Below, one piece after another: positions 49,141 through 62,454 of a stretch of 64,000 nucleotides of DNA (position 1 is its first letter; the number at the start of each line of letters is the position of its first letter). Origin of the DNA: Takakia lepidozioides. Lineage: Eukaryota > Plantae > Bryophyta. Location: assembly GCA_030704615.1 (NCBI GenBank), contig CM060732.1, forward strand, positions 22,506,001 through 22,570,000, in the 5' to 3' direction. A model generated the notes under the pieces. The model made no database searches and was not told the DNA's origin. It saw nothing but the letters and a program-made list of their open reading frames with translations. Both the position numbers and the translations under genes were made by a program.

Positions 49141-51518
49141 CCCATCCACTACACCACCTTCCTCTTAATTACTAATCTTCATTGTGCCCACTTTCAATAT
49201 CGCAGCAATTGGTTGGATCCTTGGCAACTGTGCTCTTCATATAGTCACTGGCATGCCTATAGGGACATCGTATCCGCGGTTATGGGTGTCATCCGCGGAA
49301 TTGCGTACAATACCTTTTTACAAAATCCTGAGGCAGCACCGTTCACGTGAGCACAGCCTCACCGTTCACAATCTAGCATCTCTCATTGTGACAATATAGC
49401 GCCAAGTGCAAAGTCGGAAGCGTCTGCCTAAAAAAAAAATGATTTGGTCGGATCTGCATGGATTAAAATGGGAAACACTGTATTCGTTAAAAGTGGACAT
49501 GATGGTAGAAAAGTGGACAAGAGCATATTAGAAGGCCTATGAACAGAAATAAAGATACAACTAAAAATATTTTCTTGTATGAAATCTAATCTCCATACCA
49601 TAAAAAAGATATACATATGAAATGGATTCAATCAAAATAATATATATGGTGCAATATATACATGATGATGTCATGAAATTTTATCATTGTAATGGTATCA
49701 TGTGTGTATATATATGTCATATATATACTCATATACACGTAAATATATAAAATAATTATAATAAATAGTATTGGGATAAAATAGACAAATGATCTCTATT
49801 CAATTTCATCAATTCATGTTTTGTCAAACTAGAAATACAAATATACAAACAATTTGGGAGAGAAAATTTGATATCATTTAAAATCTAATGTTTTATTCAA
49901 AACATTATGAAAATGTACAATGTCTCTTTAGTTTCAAACGGGAACTACGAATTTTGATCCTAAATTGTAACTTGATGTTCGTCAGCAACATCATTATCCG
50001 TAAGCAACATATGATTTTTGAAATGTTCATATAATATTTTTGGAACAACAATTTCTGCCTCTATTTTTTTGTTGTGTCATATTTTGGTTTTGTTTGTCCC
50101 GATGATATTTCTCCACAAAATAAATACAGAGTCTACTGGAATGTCGTTTTCACCATCATCACTTGGTACCCAAGTTCTGTATAAACAGTTGTTGTATTGT
50201 AATGACACTACAATTACATTTTTGGGATGTTTTTGGGTGTATTCGGCCAGTACCACATAATATGGATTTTGTCATTATCATGCGGTTGTCGCGTTATGTT
50301 CAACACTTTTCCCACCCAAAATGGAACACCATTTTGTACTTGTTCGTCCTCAATATGCACACCCACAAAATGTTCTGCTTCGATGTCTTTCCATGGATCA
50401 AATTCTTCGGATATTCCAACATTAGTAGTCAAATTGACATCACTTGCTTCCTTGTTCACTTCGAGCACTTCTTCAACCTTCATTTTCGTCTGTATGACCT
50501 CTCACCAATGTAGGCGTATCATCATCGGAGTTCTAATCAAATACATCATTGCTTGGTGTTGTGGTATTTTAAACTGTTTTGCGTTTTTTGTGAGGAATTG
50601 TAACGTCTACAGGTAATACGAAATCATCGACATCAGTCTCTTCATTTGTTGATCTCATTGATGAACTGACAGTTCGATGTTTGTAGCGTCGTTTGTGAGA
50701 ATGTATGCGATTGACATTATTAGGGATAATAATATCATCAATATTTGTCTCACCAACAACATTGTTGTGCCTCAACATCACAATTTCTAGTCACGTCTTC
50801 AATATCTCCAAGTATCTATGTTTTCGACCACCGGATCATATGACAGAATTGATGCACTATTCTATCCAAAAACCCTCTGGTCTCCCCCTGGTCTTACACT
50901 TCTTTTATATGAACCGCAACATCATGTGGCTCAAAACAAACAAGGTAATCATTTTGCAACGATAACGCCATCAGTACTTATCAATTCAACAAGCTTAATT
51001 TTTTTGCGATCTATACAAAACACTGACTTATTTATTAGTATATTTTCATAGTAACAAGTTATTTTATAGATATTAAATTCATGCAATTTTCAGTTAAGTA
51101 ACTATAATTCTTGAGTTTTGATATTCATAAAAAGATAAAAGTAACATTTCAACATATGTTAGAATGTAGGGTATTTATATTGTGTACATATCAATAACCG
51201 TAGTGCATGATTTATTGTACCTTACTTTATACATGACTGAAGCTAGAACACAATTCATTTTATGACCAAATCATAATTTAATCTTAATAAATATTATTTG
51301 TAACATTAATCTAACCAATTCTACATATATGTAATATTTTACACTTCCAAAAGATCAAACAAAAAATATACTTAAAACTATCTATTGCAATAAGATAGAC
51401 ATATTATCTTCGATTATGTGAATAATTTTATAGTATATGTATTTTTTAGTATTTCTAATAATACAAACATATTTTCAGACAATAAACAAAATATCTATCA
51501 AATCCATATGATTTACCA

Positions 51519-51755
51519 ATATATATATATATATATATATATCCAAAAAGAAACGTAGGAACGAAAGCCCACAAATTCATGCCCTAGAGGAGGGGGAAAA
51601 ACTAACCCTCTTTCAATATGGGCCATGAGACCTACAGGACGATCAACGCCTTGGCATACCATCACGAACAATCCCACACACGGTGCAGGATACCAGATTG
51701 AACCCTGAACCACCAAGGCGACACATTGTGCACTTACCAGCTGAGCTACCAGCCC
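51519..51755 (-). mobile_element. Putative tRNA-derived SINE
   Basis: A-box TAGCTCAGCTGG (51738-51749) and B-box GGTTCAATC (51696-51704) on the minus strand, no full cloverleaf, ends in a (TA)n tract. Confidence 0.45.
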
Positions 51756-52079
51756 ATGTGCAAAATTTTATATTGTGCCACGTGGCACAGGAAGAAGAGG
51801 CACCGCCAAATAAATAAAAATTAACAAAAATTAAAAAGAATGGAGTTTTAAATTGTGCCACATGGCGCTCCGCATAATGCTTCCACGTGGCTCAGCGCGG
51901 ACAGGTGCAACCAAGAAAATATTTTTTACATTTCATTTTAAAGAAATTAGAAAATAAACTATTTTCTATCGCTGGCAGCGTCCTGCGACTCCGCCACGTG
52001 GCGCAAAGCGGACACGCGCCGCCCCAAAAGTTATCATTAATAAATTAATAAATAATAAATAAAATAAAATAAAAACCAA

Positions 52080-54150
52080 AACTATTTTTTATCACTGGCA
52101 CATGGCGATTCCACGCGACGAGACGTGGACAGGCGCCGCCCACAAAAACAATTAAAATTTAAAAAACAAATTTAATTTTTTTTTAAAAAAAACCAAAATA
52201 ATTTTCTATCGCTGGCGCATGGCGGTGCCGTCCGAAAAAACCCAAAAAATAAATAAATAAACCCATGTGGCTGCGCCATGTGATTCTGCCACGTGGCACG
52301 ACAGGGACAGGCGCCGCCATATATTTGAAAAAATCTTGGTTTATGGATTGGACGTTGGTTGTGTCCATAATGGTGCACACATAACATACTATAACTGTGT
52401 TTTTTCTAAAATTAATAGTGGTTATTCTTTTTTGATTCCTATGTAAGAGGATCACCCCATATGCTCATATGCAACAGCCGCCCAAACTTGGAGTGGAGAG
52501 CAAACTGGAGTACTGGCGCGAACGTCAACAACAAGTGTGCTTTTAGGTTACTGTTGGGGGTGTTGCGTATGCAACAGCCTGTAATTTGCATTGTGGATTT
52601 TTATTGTTTTGTGTTATGTCGTTATACGTTATTGCAATAAAGAGAATAAAAATAAATAAATAAATAAATAAAAACATCGTCGAACATATGGGTGTAGCAT
52701 GCGCAACACCCCTAGTCAAATGAAAAATTAATAAGAGTATAAGAGTAGTTATAATTTAAAATAAATTTATTTATTTATTTAAAAAAAAACCAGAACGATT
52801 TTCTATGATTGGCACATGGCGGTTCCATGCGGCGGAACCCAGACAGGCGCCGCCCGAAAATGACCGAAAACAAAACAAAACAAAAATAAATAAATAAAAT
52901 AAAAAAACATTTAGCTCCGCCGAGTAATTCTGCCACGTTGCGCGACGGGACATGCGCCGCCATATATATGAAAAATCCTTGGTTTGTGGATGGGACGTTG
53001 GCTGCGTCCATAATGGTGCACACATGACATACCATTATGGTGCGTCCATTATAGTGCTCCATAATTGTGTTTTTTCTATAATTAATAGTGGTCATTCTTT
53101 TTTGGTTCTTATATAAGAGGGTCACTCCATATGTATGCTCATCTGCAACCGCCGTCCAAACTTGGAGTGGAGAGCAAACTGGAGTATTGGCGCGAACGTC
53201 AATAACAAATGTGGGGGTGTTGCGTACGCAACAACCTGTAATTTGCATTAAGGATTTTTATTGTTTTGTGTTATATCGTTATACGTTATTGCAATAAAAA
53301 GAATATAAAAAAGGAAGAAAGAGCATTGTCGACATATGGGTGTAGTATGCGCAACACCCCCAGTCAAATGAAAAATTAATAAGAATATAAGAGTAGTTAT
53401 AATTATTATTATTTTTTAAATAAAACCTAAAACGATTTTCTATCACTGGGCACATGGCGGTTCCACGCGGCGGGATGCGGAGAGGCGCCGCCCAAAAAAA
53501 GCCCAAAATTTTATTTTATTTTATTTAAAAAAAAAAACACATGTGGCTGCACTACGTGATGCTGCCACGTGGCGCGACGGGGACAGGCGCCGCCATATAT
53601 ATATGAAAAAAAATTGGGTTTATAGATGGGACATTGATTGCGTCCATAATGGTACACACATGATATACCATTATGATGCGTCTATTATGGTGTTCCATAA
53701 TTGTATTTTTTCTATAATTAATAGTGGTCATTCTTTTTTGGTTCCTATATAAGAGGGTCACCCCATATGTATGCTCATTTGTAACCGCCATCCAGGAGAG
53801 CAAACTGGAGTACTGGCGCGAACGTCAACAACATGTGTGCTTTCAGGTTAGTGCGTGGGTGTTGCGTACGCAACAGCCTGCAGTTTTCATTGTGGATTTT
53901 TATTGTTTTGTGTTGTGTCATTGTATGTTATTGCAATAAGGAGAATATAAAATGGGAAGAAAGAACATTGTCGAACATATGGGTGTAGCATGCGCAACAC
54001 CCCTAGTCAAATGAAAAATCAATAATAATACATGTTGACTAAGGGGGTGTTGCGTACGCAACCACTTCTTTAGGGTTTAGGGGTTAAGATTTGGACATAT
54101 GCACGAAATGTAAGATATTTCACATGTTCATTAGGGTGTTGCGTACGTTA
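52080..54150. repeat. Three tandem units of about 630-670 bp containing GTGTTGCGTACGCAACA palindromes
   Basis: GGAGAGCAAACTGGAGTA near 52495, 53169, 53795; shared CAACACCCC.AGTCAAATGAAAAAT blocks. Confidence 0.85.
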
Positions 54151-54239
54151 CACCCTCATCTTCTCCTTGATAATGAGAAAATAAATTGATAAAAAGATAT
54201 TGACGTCAAGGAATATAGGGGTATTGCGTACGGCGGAAA

Positions 54240-57200
54240 GATACCATAACACTGGAAAAAGTGAGCGTAGTGGGGGGAGCAACACCACTGCAAAGAATGG
54301 GAGGTACAGTGGGAGTCAGCAGAAACGAGAATACACTCCGGAAGAGAGGAAGACTAGGAATAGGAATTGAAGAATTGAAGAAGAACAGCCAGTGCAATGA
54401 ATGTCATGGATGGGGACACTGGAGCAAGGAGTGTAATGAAGATCCGTGCATTATTAAAGGATGCAAGAGAGATTGTAAATCGCGTAAGTCAAGAAGTCAA
54501 ACAAATGTCACAGAAGGAAAATTTACAGAGAGTGATGCGTTTCTTGTAGAAACAGAACTTGCCAGTGATGGTGGGAGCACTCATGAGCACTGTATCTTCA
54601 GCAATTCCAAGCGGAGATGAGATGCACGCAGGTGATCATGAAGAGTTCACAACAGATAATGCACGTGGACAATGGGTTTGCAGTTATGCATATACCTCAC
54701 TTTCGGATCGAGGCCAGAATATTTGGATCGCAGATTCTGGAGCTTCAAAGCATATGACTTTTCATCGGGAATAATATGCAATGGTGGAACCCATCGACGA
54801 AGGAGTTTGGGGGGTCAAATTTTCAACAGATCTTCAAGTCTGGGTGAGAGGAGTAGGAGACATCGAAATAGAATCCTATGTTGATGGAAGGTGGACAAGA
54901 AATACACTGAAACGAGTCCTCTATGTTCCAGAGTTAAGAAGGAACCTCGTGTCTGTCACACAACTTATAAACAAAGGCATAACATGCTTATATAGACAAA
55001 GTACTTGTAAATTCTATGCAGAGCAAGGAAAGTCTAAGCTTGTCATGGTAGGAGTCAGAGAAGGTCAACTATGGAAGTTGGACATTAAGGTCATCAAGCC
55101 AGAGATTGCACAAGCTAACACAGTCTTAGCAGAGATTGGTTCAGTGACACAAAAATCAGATACTATTGAGAATTGGCATAAACGATTTGGACATGTTAAT
55201 CCAGAAGTGCTTAAGATAATGGAGATGAAAGGAACTGTGACAGGTCTTTCAATTTCACATCAAATGAGTGATATGCCATTTTGTGAGGGATACGTCCATG
55301 GGAAGAATCACCGTCAGAGTTTCCCTAAGCATAGCCAGAGAGAGAAAGTCAGTGCTTCAGGTCTGTTCTATCATGCAGACGTAGTTGGTCCAATGCAGCA
55401 TACGTCTATTGGAGGGGCTAGGTATTTTGTGAATTTCAAAGATGACTATAGTGGTCATAGAGTGGTCTATTGCATAGCACAGAAGAGCGATGTGTTTAAC
55501 CAGTTCAAAGACCTATGGAATCTGTCAAAGAATATGACAGGCAATGAGATGGTCAAATTTAGAACCAATCGTGGTTCTGAATTTGTCAACAAAGAATTTG
55601 CAAATTTTCTATCAATGAAAGGTATTAGGCATGAGTTGACAGCAGCATATAGTCCCGAGCAGAATGGATTTGCAGAATGAGACATCAGGACTATTATAGA
55701 AATGGTCAGGTCAATGTTATATGCCAAACAGATGTCACTCAAATTCTGGGGAGAAGCAGTGATGACGATAGTTTATTTGCCCAACCGAATCGGAACTGAA
55801 GCAACCAATTATGTGACACCTTTACAAGCTTGGTGTCGGAAGAAACCAGATGTGGCACATCTCAGAACATTCGGCACTTCAGCCTATGCACATGTACCAA
55901 AAGAGCTTCGGAGAAAGCTTGATAGCAAGAGCAGAAAGTGCATTTTCTTGGGATATAATCCCTGCAGCAAGGCATACAGACTTTGAGACCAAGAGAAGTA
56001 GAAGGTCATTATTAGTAGAGACGTGCTATTTGATGATAAGTCGTCAACAGAGCACCTCGAGATAGAGAATCAACAGTTTATTACTCTGTCATGTCATGGA
56101 TCAACCACAAATGAGGTAATTGGACCTGCACTACAAAACATGGAAGCAACACAACCAGTTTTACAAGATCGAGAAAGAGCCTCAGCTCATTCAGAATCTA
56201 CTGAGAGCATTGAACCAAATGATGATCAAGAAGCAGTGGAAGAAATTGTTCAAGCGAATGTGCCAGATCGTCCTCATCAAAATGTAGGACCACCACAAAA
56301 GTATGGTGACAGCTATCTTTACAATGCTGAGAGCACAATGCTAGCAGGAACAACAGAGTCTATGTTTATACAAGATGATCCAACCACATATGAACAGGCA
56401 ATGTCTTCAACCGATCGGCACAAGTGGATTGAAGCAATGGGAGAGGAATACAATTCATTTTTACAGAATCAGACATGGACATTGACTGATCTGCCTTCAG
56501 GACGAAAGACAGTGCAATGTAAGTGGGTCTATAAGACCAAATTTAAATCAGATGGAAGTGTGGATCGTTTCAAGGCAAGACTTGTAGCTAAAGGCTACAC
56601 TCAAAAGCAGGGCATTGACTATCATGAAACATACTCGTCTGTGCCACGTTACGAAACAATTCGAACACTTTTGTCCATAGCTGCAATCCATGATCTGGAG
56701 TTGATACAGTTTGACATTAAAACATCGTTTCTCTATGGGCAGTTGGATGAGGAGATCTACATGTGCCAACCTTTTGAAGAACCAAGTTCAAAAGGATTGG
56801 TTTGCAGGCTGAAAAAAAACCTTTATGGTCCGAAACAAGCTTCTAGAGCTTGGAACCAAAAGTTTCATGACTTTCTTCTGCAGTACAACTTGAAGCAAAG
56901 TCTTGCAGATCCCTGTTTGTACTACAGCTCTGTTGATCCCAAAATTTATCTCACAATCTTTGTGGATGATGGGCTTGTGGCTTCATTCAACAAGGTAACA
57001 GGAGATGACGTTATTGAACATTTGCGGAAGCATTTTGAAGTCACCAAGAGTGAAGCTGATTGCTATGTGGGACTTAGAATCATCATAGACAGAGAGAAAT
57101 GGACGCTGATGATTGATCAGTCTCTTTACATCAAACGCATCATCAAAAAGTTCAAGATGGCAAATGCTCGAACAGTGACCACACCCGCTGACTCTAATGT

Positions 57201-58100
57201 TACATTGGAAGAATATACCCAATGTCATGATAACCAAATTGTCATAGATTTTCCTTATCAAGAGGCAGTGGGCAGTTTGATGTTTGCAATGACAGGAAGT
57301 CGGCCAGATATTGCTTATGCTGTGAGTGTTGCTGCAAAATATTCATCACAGCCAAAGCTGATTCATGTCACTGCACTCAAAAAGAACTTTCGTTACTTGA
57401 ATGTCACATCTGATTTGGCGATTCAGTACTCTCCCAATTCAGCAATTAATACTCTTATTGCTTACAATGATGCAGACTATGGTGGCGATCCAGATGACAG
57501 GAAAAGCAGAACCGACACTTTGTTGTTTCTCAATGGGGCACCAGTAATTTCGTTCAGTCGAAAGCAACATTGCAATGCAGGCTCAACGATGGAGGCAGAG
57601 TACATTGCAGCGAGTCTAGCTTCCAAGGAGGTTGTTTGGATGCAAAGGATGTTGAACGAGCTTGGCTCTACAGTGACAATCAGGCTGCCATTGGGTATGT
57701 AAAGAATCCCGTCTACCACAAAAGGACAAAGCATATTGATATCCTAGAGCTATCATATGATCCGAGATTTTTATGTGCAAGGAGATCACACTTCACTATA
57801 TCCCGACAACATATCGAATTGCTGATCTTCTTACGAAGCCACTGCCTACAACGACCTTAAATCGGTTTCGCACTCTTCCCCACTTGGTGCTGAAATAAAC
57901 AAAGTGGGAGATATGGTAGATATGGGAAATCTACGTTTTTTCAGTTGTTTATTCTTTGCAACTCTTAGTGGGAGTGTTGAGTAATACAGTTACAAGAAAT
58001 AAACAAAGTTAAGTTAGATACATTAGTCTGATTCAGATCAGTTTCAGTTTAGTGGGGCTACCTTAGTTAGTGACAACCGTAGATAGAACATTCTAGTATA
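54240..58100 (+). mobile_element. Ty1/copia retrotransposon relic (knuckle, PR, IN, RT, RNase H, PPT, start of 3' LTR at 57975)
   Basis: CNECHGWGHWSKEC, WIADSGASKHMT, WHKRFGH, YHADVVGP, SPEQNGFAE, CKWVYKTK, FKARLVAKGY, FVDD, DADYGGD; several stops; AGTGGGAG before TGTTGAG. Confidence 0.92.
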
Positions 58101-58256
58101 TGTTGGAGTGTCAAGGTTATAGCCCTTGCACGACATTTTGAGAACAGAACGGGACGGGTAGCTCAGTGGTAGAGCACCCCACCGGAATGGGGGAGGTCCT
58201 AGGTTCAATCCCTAGCCCGACCACGCGCCAGTGGTTTTCCAACATGGTATCAGAGC
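58101..58256 (+). mobile_element. TRIM LTR (144 bp, 58101-58244) with tRNA-like cassette, plus tRNA-iMet PBS (58245-58256)
   Basis: TGTTGG...CCAACA ends followed by TGGTATCAGAGC; 3 differences from the inverted copy at 62465-62608. Confidence 0.9.
58152..58223 (+). ncRNA. 72-nt tRNA-like sequence (Pol III A/B boxes) inside the TRIM LTR
   Basis: Acceptor GGACGGG/CCCGACC (1 mismatch), D-arm GCTC/GAGC, T-arm CTAGG-TTCAATC-CCTAG, non-canonical anticodon loop CCGGAAT, TTTT at 58235-58238. Confidence 0.8.
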
Positions 58257-61200
58257 TTGCAAAACATGTGGCTTGTCATGAGCCACATAGCACAATCTGT
58301 AGTGAGCAGTTCCCTTCAGATACTTAAGAATTCGACGAACTGCATTGCAGTGAGCGGACTTTGGTGTATTTGCAAATTTTGCCACTGTACACACCGCATA
58401 TGCTAGATCTGGTCTAGATCCCAGCATAGCAAACATTTAGCTCCCCACGATCTCAAGATAGGGAAAATCCTTTTCAGTATTGTCATCAGATGTCCCCATC
58501 TGCAGATGCACATTTGCGTCCATTGGCGTACACAAATGATTGGCGTTCTGAAATCCAAACTTAGCCAGAACTCGCAAAATATACTGAACTTGGTCGATGT
58601 AGATTACTCCCCGAGACCGATCCCTGGTGATGTGCAAACCAATATACACATCAGGTGGTCCACTCGTTGCCCCAAACAATTTATCCAACTCACTGATGAC
58701 ATGATCCAGTTTGGTTTTGGTCTTGCAAGCACCAAGACCATCATCCACGTAAATTGATATGATCAGAACTGGCTCCTTGTGACTCACATATACACAGGGG
58801 TTTGTTGTCGTGGATACAAGCTCATGAGTAGTGAGAAATTTGTTAAACTCGGCATTCCAAGCCCTAGATGCCTGCTTAAGGCCGTAGATGTTTTTTTGCA
58901 GTTTACAAACCAATTTCGACTCCTCTTCCTTTATGAAACCCAAGGGCTGCTCCATGTATATCTCTTCCTCAAGATTTCCATGCAGGAATGCACTCTTGAC
59001 ATCAAATTGATCAAACTCCATATCTTCCATTGCAGCAATGGATAGGATTGAACGAATTGAGTCAAATTTTGCTACTGGAGCAAACGTTTGATCGTAATCA
59101 ACTCCACGAGTTTGCGAATAGCCTTTAGCTACAACTCTGGCCTTATAACGATCAATGGTCCCATCTGCTTTGAGTTTGGTTCTATAAACCCATTTACTTT
59201 TGACTACTTGTCTGCCAGCAGGTAGTTCACAAAGCTTCCAGGTCTCATTTGCTAAGAGCGATTTGTATTCTTCTAGCATTGCTTGCTCCCACTGCTCTCG
59301 GTGATCAGAAGAAATTGCTTCTTCATATGTTTTAGGCTCTTCAAGAATAACTCCCACTGCTCCAGCAAAAGAAGTAAAAGTTCATGGCAGAGAAATCCAA
59401 TCCCCATACCTCTCCGGAGGATTCCGTGAACGTTTTTATCTTGAGAACATTTCTGGCTCTGCAATCGTACTCCCACTGTTTGACTGCATCAAGGAAGCAT
59501 TGTTTTCTGTGCTAGAGCTAGTCTCAGAATTACTGCTTTCACCTAGTGAACCAGCAGCTTCAAGTGGCAACTCCACCACCAAGTCATTCACTGGAATGGT
59601 GTTGACAATGACGCTTTCAGAACCAGCAGCTTCAAATGGCATCTCCACCACCAAGTCATTCACTGGAATGGTGTTGACAAGGACTCTTTCAGCTTCATTG
59701 TAAACTCCTTCAACTGAATGTTGTGACCTCTCCATAGCTTTGTCATAATTATACCAGAATGTCACTATTTCCGATGCATTGGGCAATACTGTAGAAGCTG
59801 CTTCAAATTCAGAGCCCGTCAAACCTTCGTTGAACAGTACATCTCTGCTAATCACAATTCTCTATTTAATTGGATCCCATAGTCTATAACCCTTGCTTTC
59901 AGTGGAATATCCAAGAAAAATGCACTTGGTGCTCTTTGGATCAAGCTTCTCTCTAAGCTGTTTAGGCACGTGAACAAATGCATCGCAACCAAACACTTTG
60001 AGATGTGTGACATCAGACTTCTTGTTACACCATGCCTGTAGTGGTGTCATCCCATTCAGTGTTCTAGTTCCAACACGATTCATTAGGTATGCCGCTGTCT
60101 GTACACCTTCCCCCCCAAAAACAAAGAGGAATATTTTTCTCCAGAAGCATGCAGCGCACACTTTCCATAAGGGTACGATTGTCCCTTTCGGCCACCCCAT
60201 TCTGCTCTGGAGAATAGGGTGTGGTGAGTTCTTGACGAATTCCCTCAATCTCAAGATACTCCTTAAAAGCTTTGCTTATGAATTCTCTACCTCTGTCACT
60301 CTGTAATTTGATGACTCGATTCCCAGTCGACCTGAAGGACTCTCGCTGCATCTTCTTGAAACATTCCATAACGTCGGATTTTTTCTTGATGCAGTACAAC
60401 AACCTGTAACTACTGCAATCATCTTTAAAAAGATATAAAGTAACGAACTCCTCCTTGAGATGTAGTGCTCATTGGACCACAAACGTCTGCATGATAAAAT
60501 TCACCAGGCAATGGTGCTTTTACTCTCTGTTCTTTCACGGGAAATGGTGTTCTACAACTCTTACCCCTAGCACAGCTCTCACAAAAAACTCTCTTTGTAT
60601 TTGTCTCTTTGAGACGCAAGCCTGTGACCAAATTTTCGAGATTCATCTTTCTCACCATGTCATAGCTGTGAACATGCCCAAGCCTAGCATGCCATACACT
60701 AAGACTCTCAGCAGGAGGTCCTGGCGTTTTTCTCTTTTTCACAAGTTCATCGCGTTCGGGTTCGGCTTTGTCCTCTAGAACTACTAGATTTGCTGTCTGT
60801 GTAGGGAGAACTACTTTGAACTGCATGCGCCACAACTGACCATCTTTAACTCTTGTCATGACTGATCTTCTGGTAGGAGCAAACATAGAACAAGTGTTCT
60901 TGTGGTACACAACTTCAATTCCTCTGTCGGTTATCTGACCAACTGATAGTAGATTCTTTCTTAGTTTAGGAACATGAAGAACGTTTTTAATGATGCCTTT
61001 CTGCCAGGTACCATTAAGGAGAGACACAATCTCTATGTCCCTTACTCCTGCCACCCAGACTAGGTTGTCATTTGCTACTCTGATGCTCCAGCTTCCAGGT
61101 TGAACTACTCGGTAGGACTTAAACCAACATCTCTTATCCGTCATGTGCTGGGATGCTCCAGTATCAGCAAACCAAGCCTCATCCTGACTTGTAAGATGAA

Positions 61201-62454
61201 CATAATTTGCCTCACTTTCAGTCTCCTCGGTAGTTACAGTTGGTTTTTTTTCAGCACCTGGTTCTCTCAAATCTTGACTCTCAAACACTGGATGCTCTAG
61301 AATCTCTGCAATTGTAACAAAAACATCTGTCTCGGTCACGTTCACCTCACTCGTGGATACCTCCCTATCAGTCTTCTTAGAAGAACTAGAGCTGCACTCT
61401 TTAGCCCAATGCCCATATTTTCCACACATGAAGCACTGTGTTACCTTCTTTTTCTCTTCAATTGTTTTTTTTTTTTCCAGATGTAAACAACTTCTTGTTC
61501 TTCTTCTTATCATCCTTCCCTGCATAAAAATCCATATCGCTTTCTTCCTCATTCTCCTTCAAGATCTTCAAGCTAGCCTCTCTCTTAAGCAATCTAGCAT
61601 GAAAACCATTCAGCGTCTGCTCACTTGCAGGCACACTGTCCCACACCAAGAGTAATGGTTTATAACTCTGTGGAAGCCTGCATTTGATCTTAGTCAAGAG
61701 CTGTCTCTGACTGATCGTTTAGTTTCTTGCCAAGCGAGGAAACCTGACTGTAGTAAGAAGACACTGAATCTCCTTCTTGCATTCGACAGTTAAAGAACTT
61801 CTCTTGCAAATGCATAATACTCTCTTCTGCAGTCTGCTGGTGGATCGTGTTCATCATCTCCCACATCTCTGTAGAAGTGGTGCAGTTGATCAATTGATTC
61901 ATATAAGATCGATCGGTGGAATGCAAAATTGTCACTATTGCCTTCCTATCACGTCTTTTCCAATCAGCCTTCTCCGCTTCAGTAGCAGTATCACTCAACT
62001 TCTCTTCATCAGAAACAATGGTGAATTGATCTCTTGATTCTAATACAAATTTCATGTGGAATTTCCACAAATGGAAGTTCTCACCGACAAACTTGTCAAC
62101 TGTCTCAAACTCTTTGCCTGCGCCCTCTTTAGAACTCATCTTTGCAACAGATGTACAATCTCTTCCAATCTAGATATTGAGTTAGTTATCAACCTATGCT
62201 TGAAAAACTATCTCAATTCTAAACTATAATTGGACAACTATAGCTTAACTTCGTGCTAAGCATCTGACAACTAAAGCTTAACTTCTTGTTAAGCATCTGA
62301 CACTTTCTTGCTAAACAGTCTAAGAATGGCTTTACTAGAATCAGACAACAAGTTCCTACGGTACAACTTCTGTGTCAACCCGTAGGCCCATAACCTATTG
62401 TAGATGCCATAGCCAAAAGAAGACCAAATACACTATGATGAAAGAGTGCTTATT
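58257..62454 (-). mobile_element. Second Ty1/copia element: LTR end, PBS, gag (ATG 62139), PR, IN, RT; truncated before RNase H; frameshifted
   Basis: GENFHLWK, CFMCGKYGHWAKEC, WFADTGASQHMT, WHARLGH, LQSDRGREF, YKARVVAKGY, IYVDD; PBS GGTTATGGGCC at 62385-62395. Confidence 0.92.

Noticed and set aside
58152-58223. Functional tRNA-Ser(GGA) gene
   Set aside because: C instead of U33, mismatches in the anticodon and acceptor stems, no long variable arm, and it lies within a repeated LTR.
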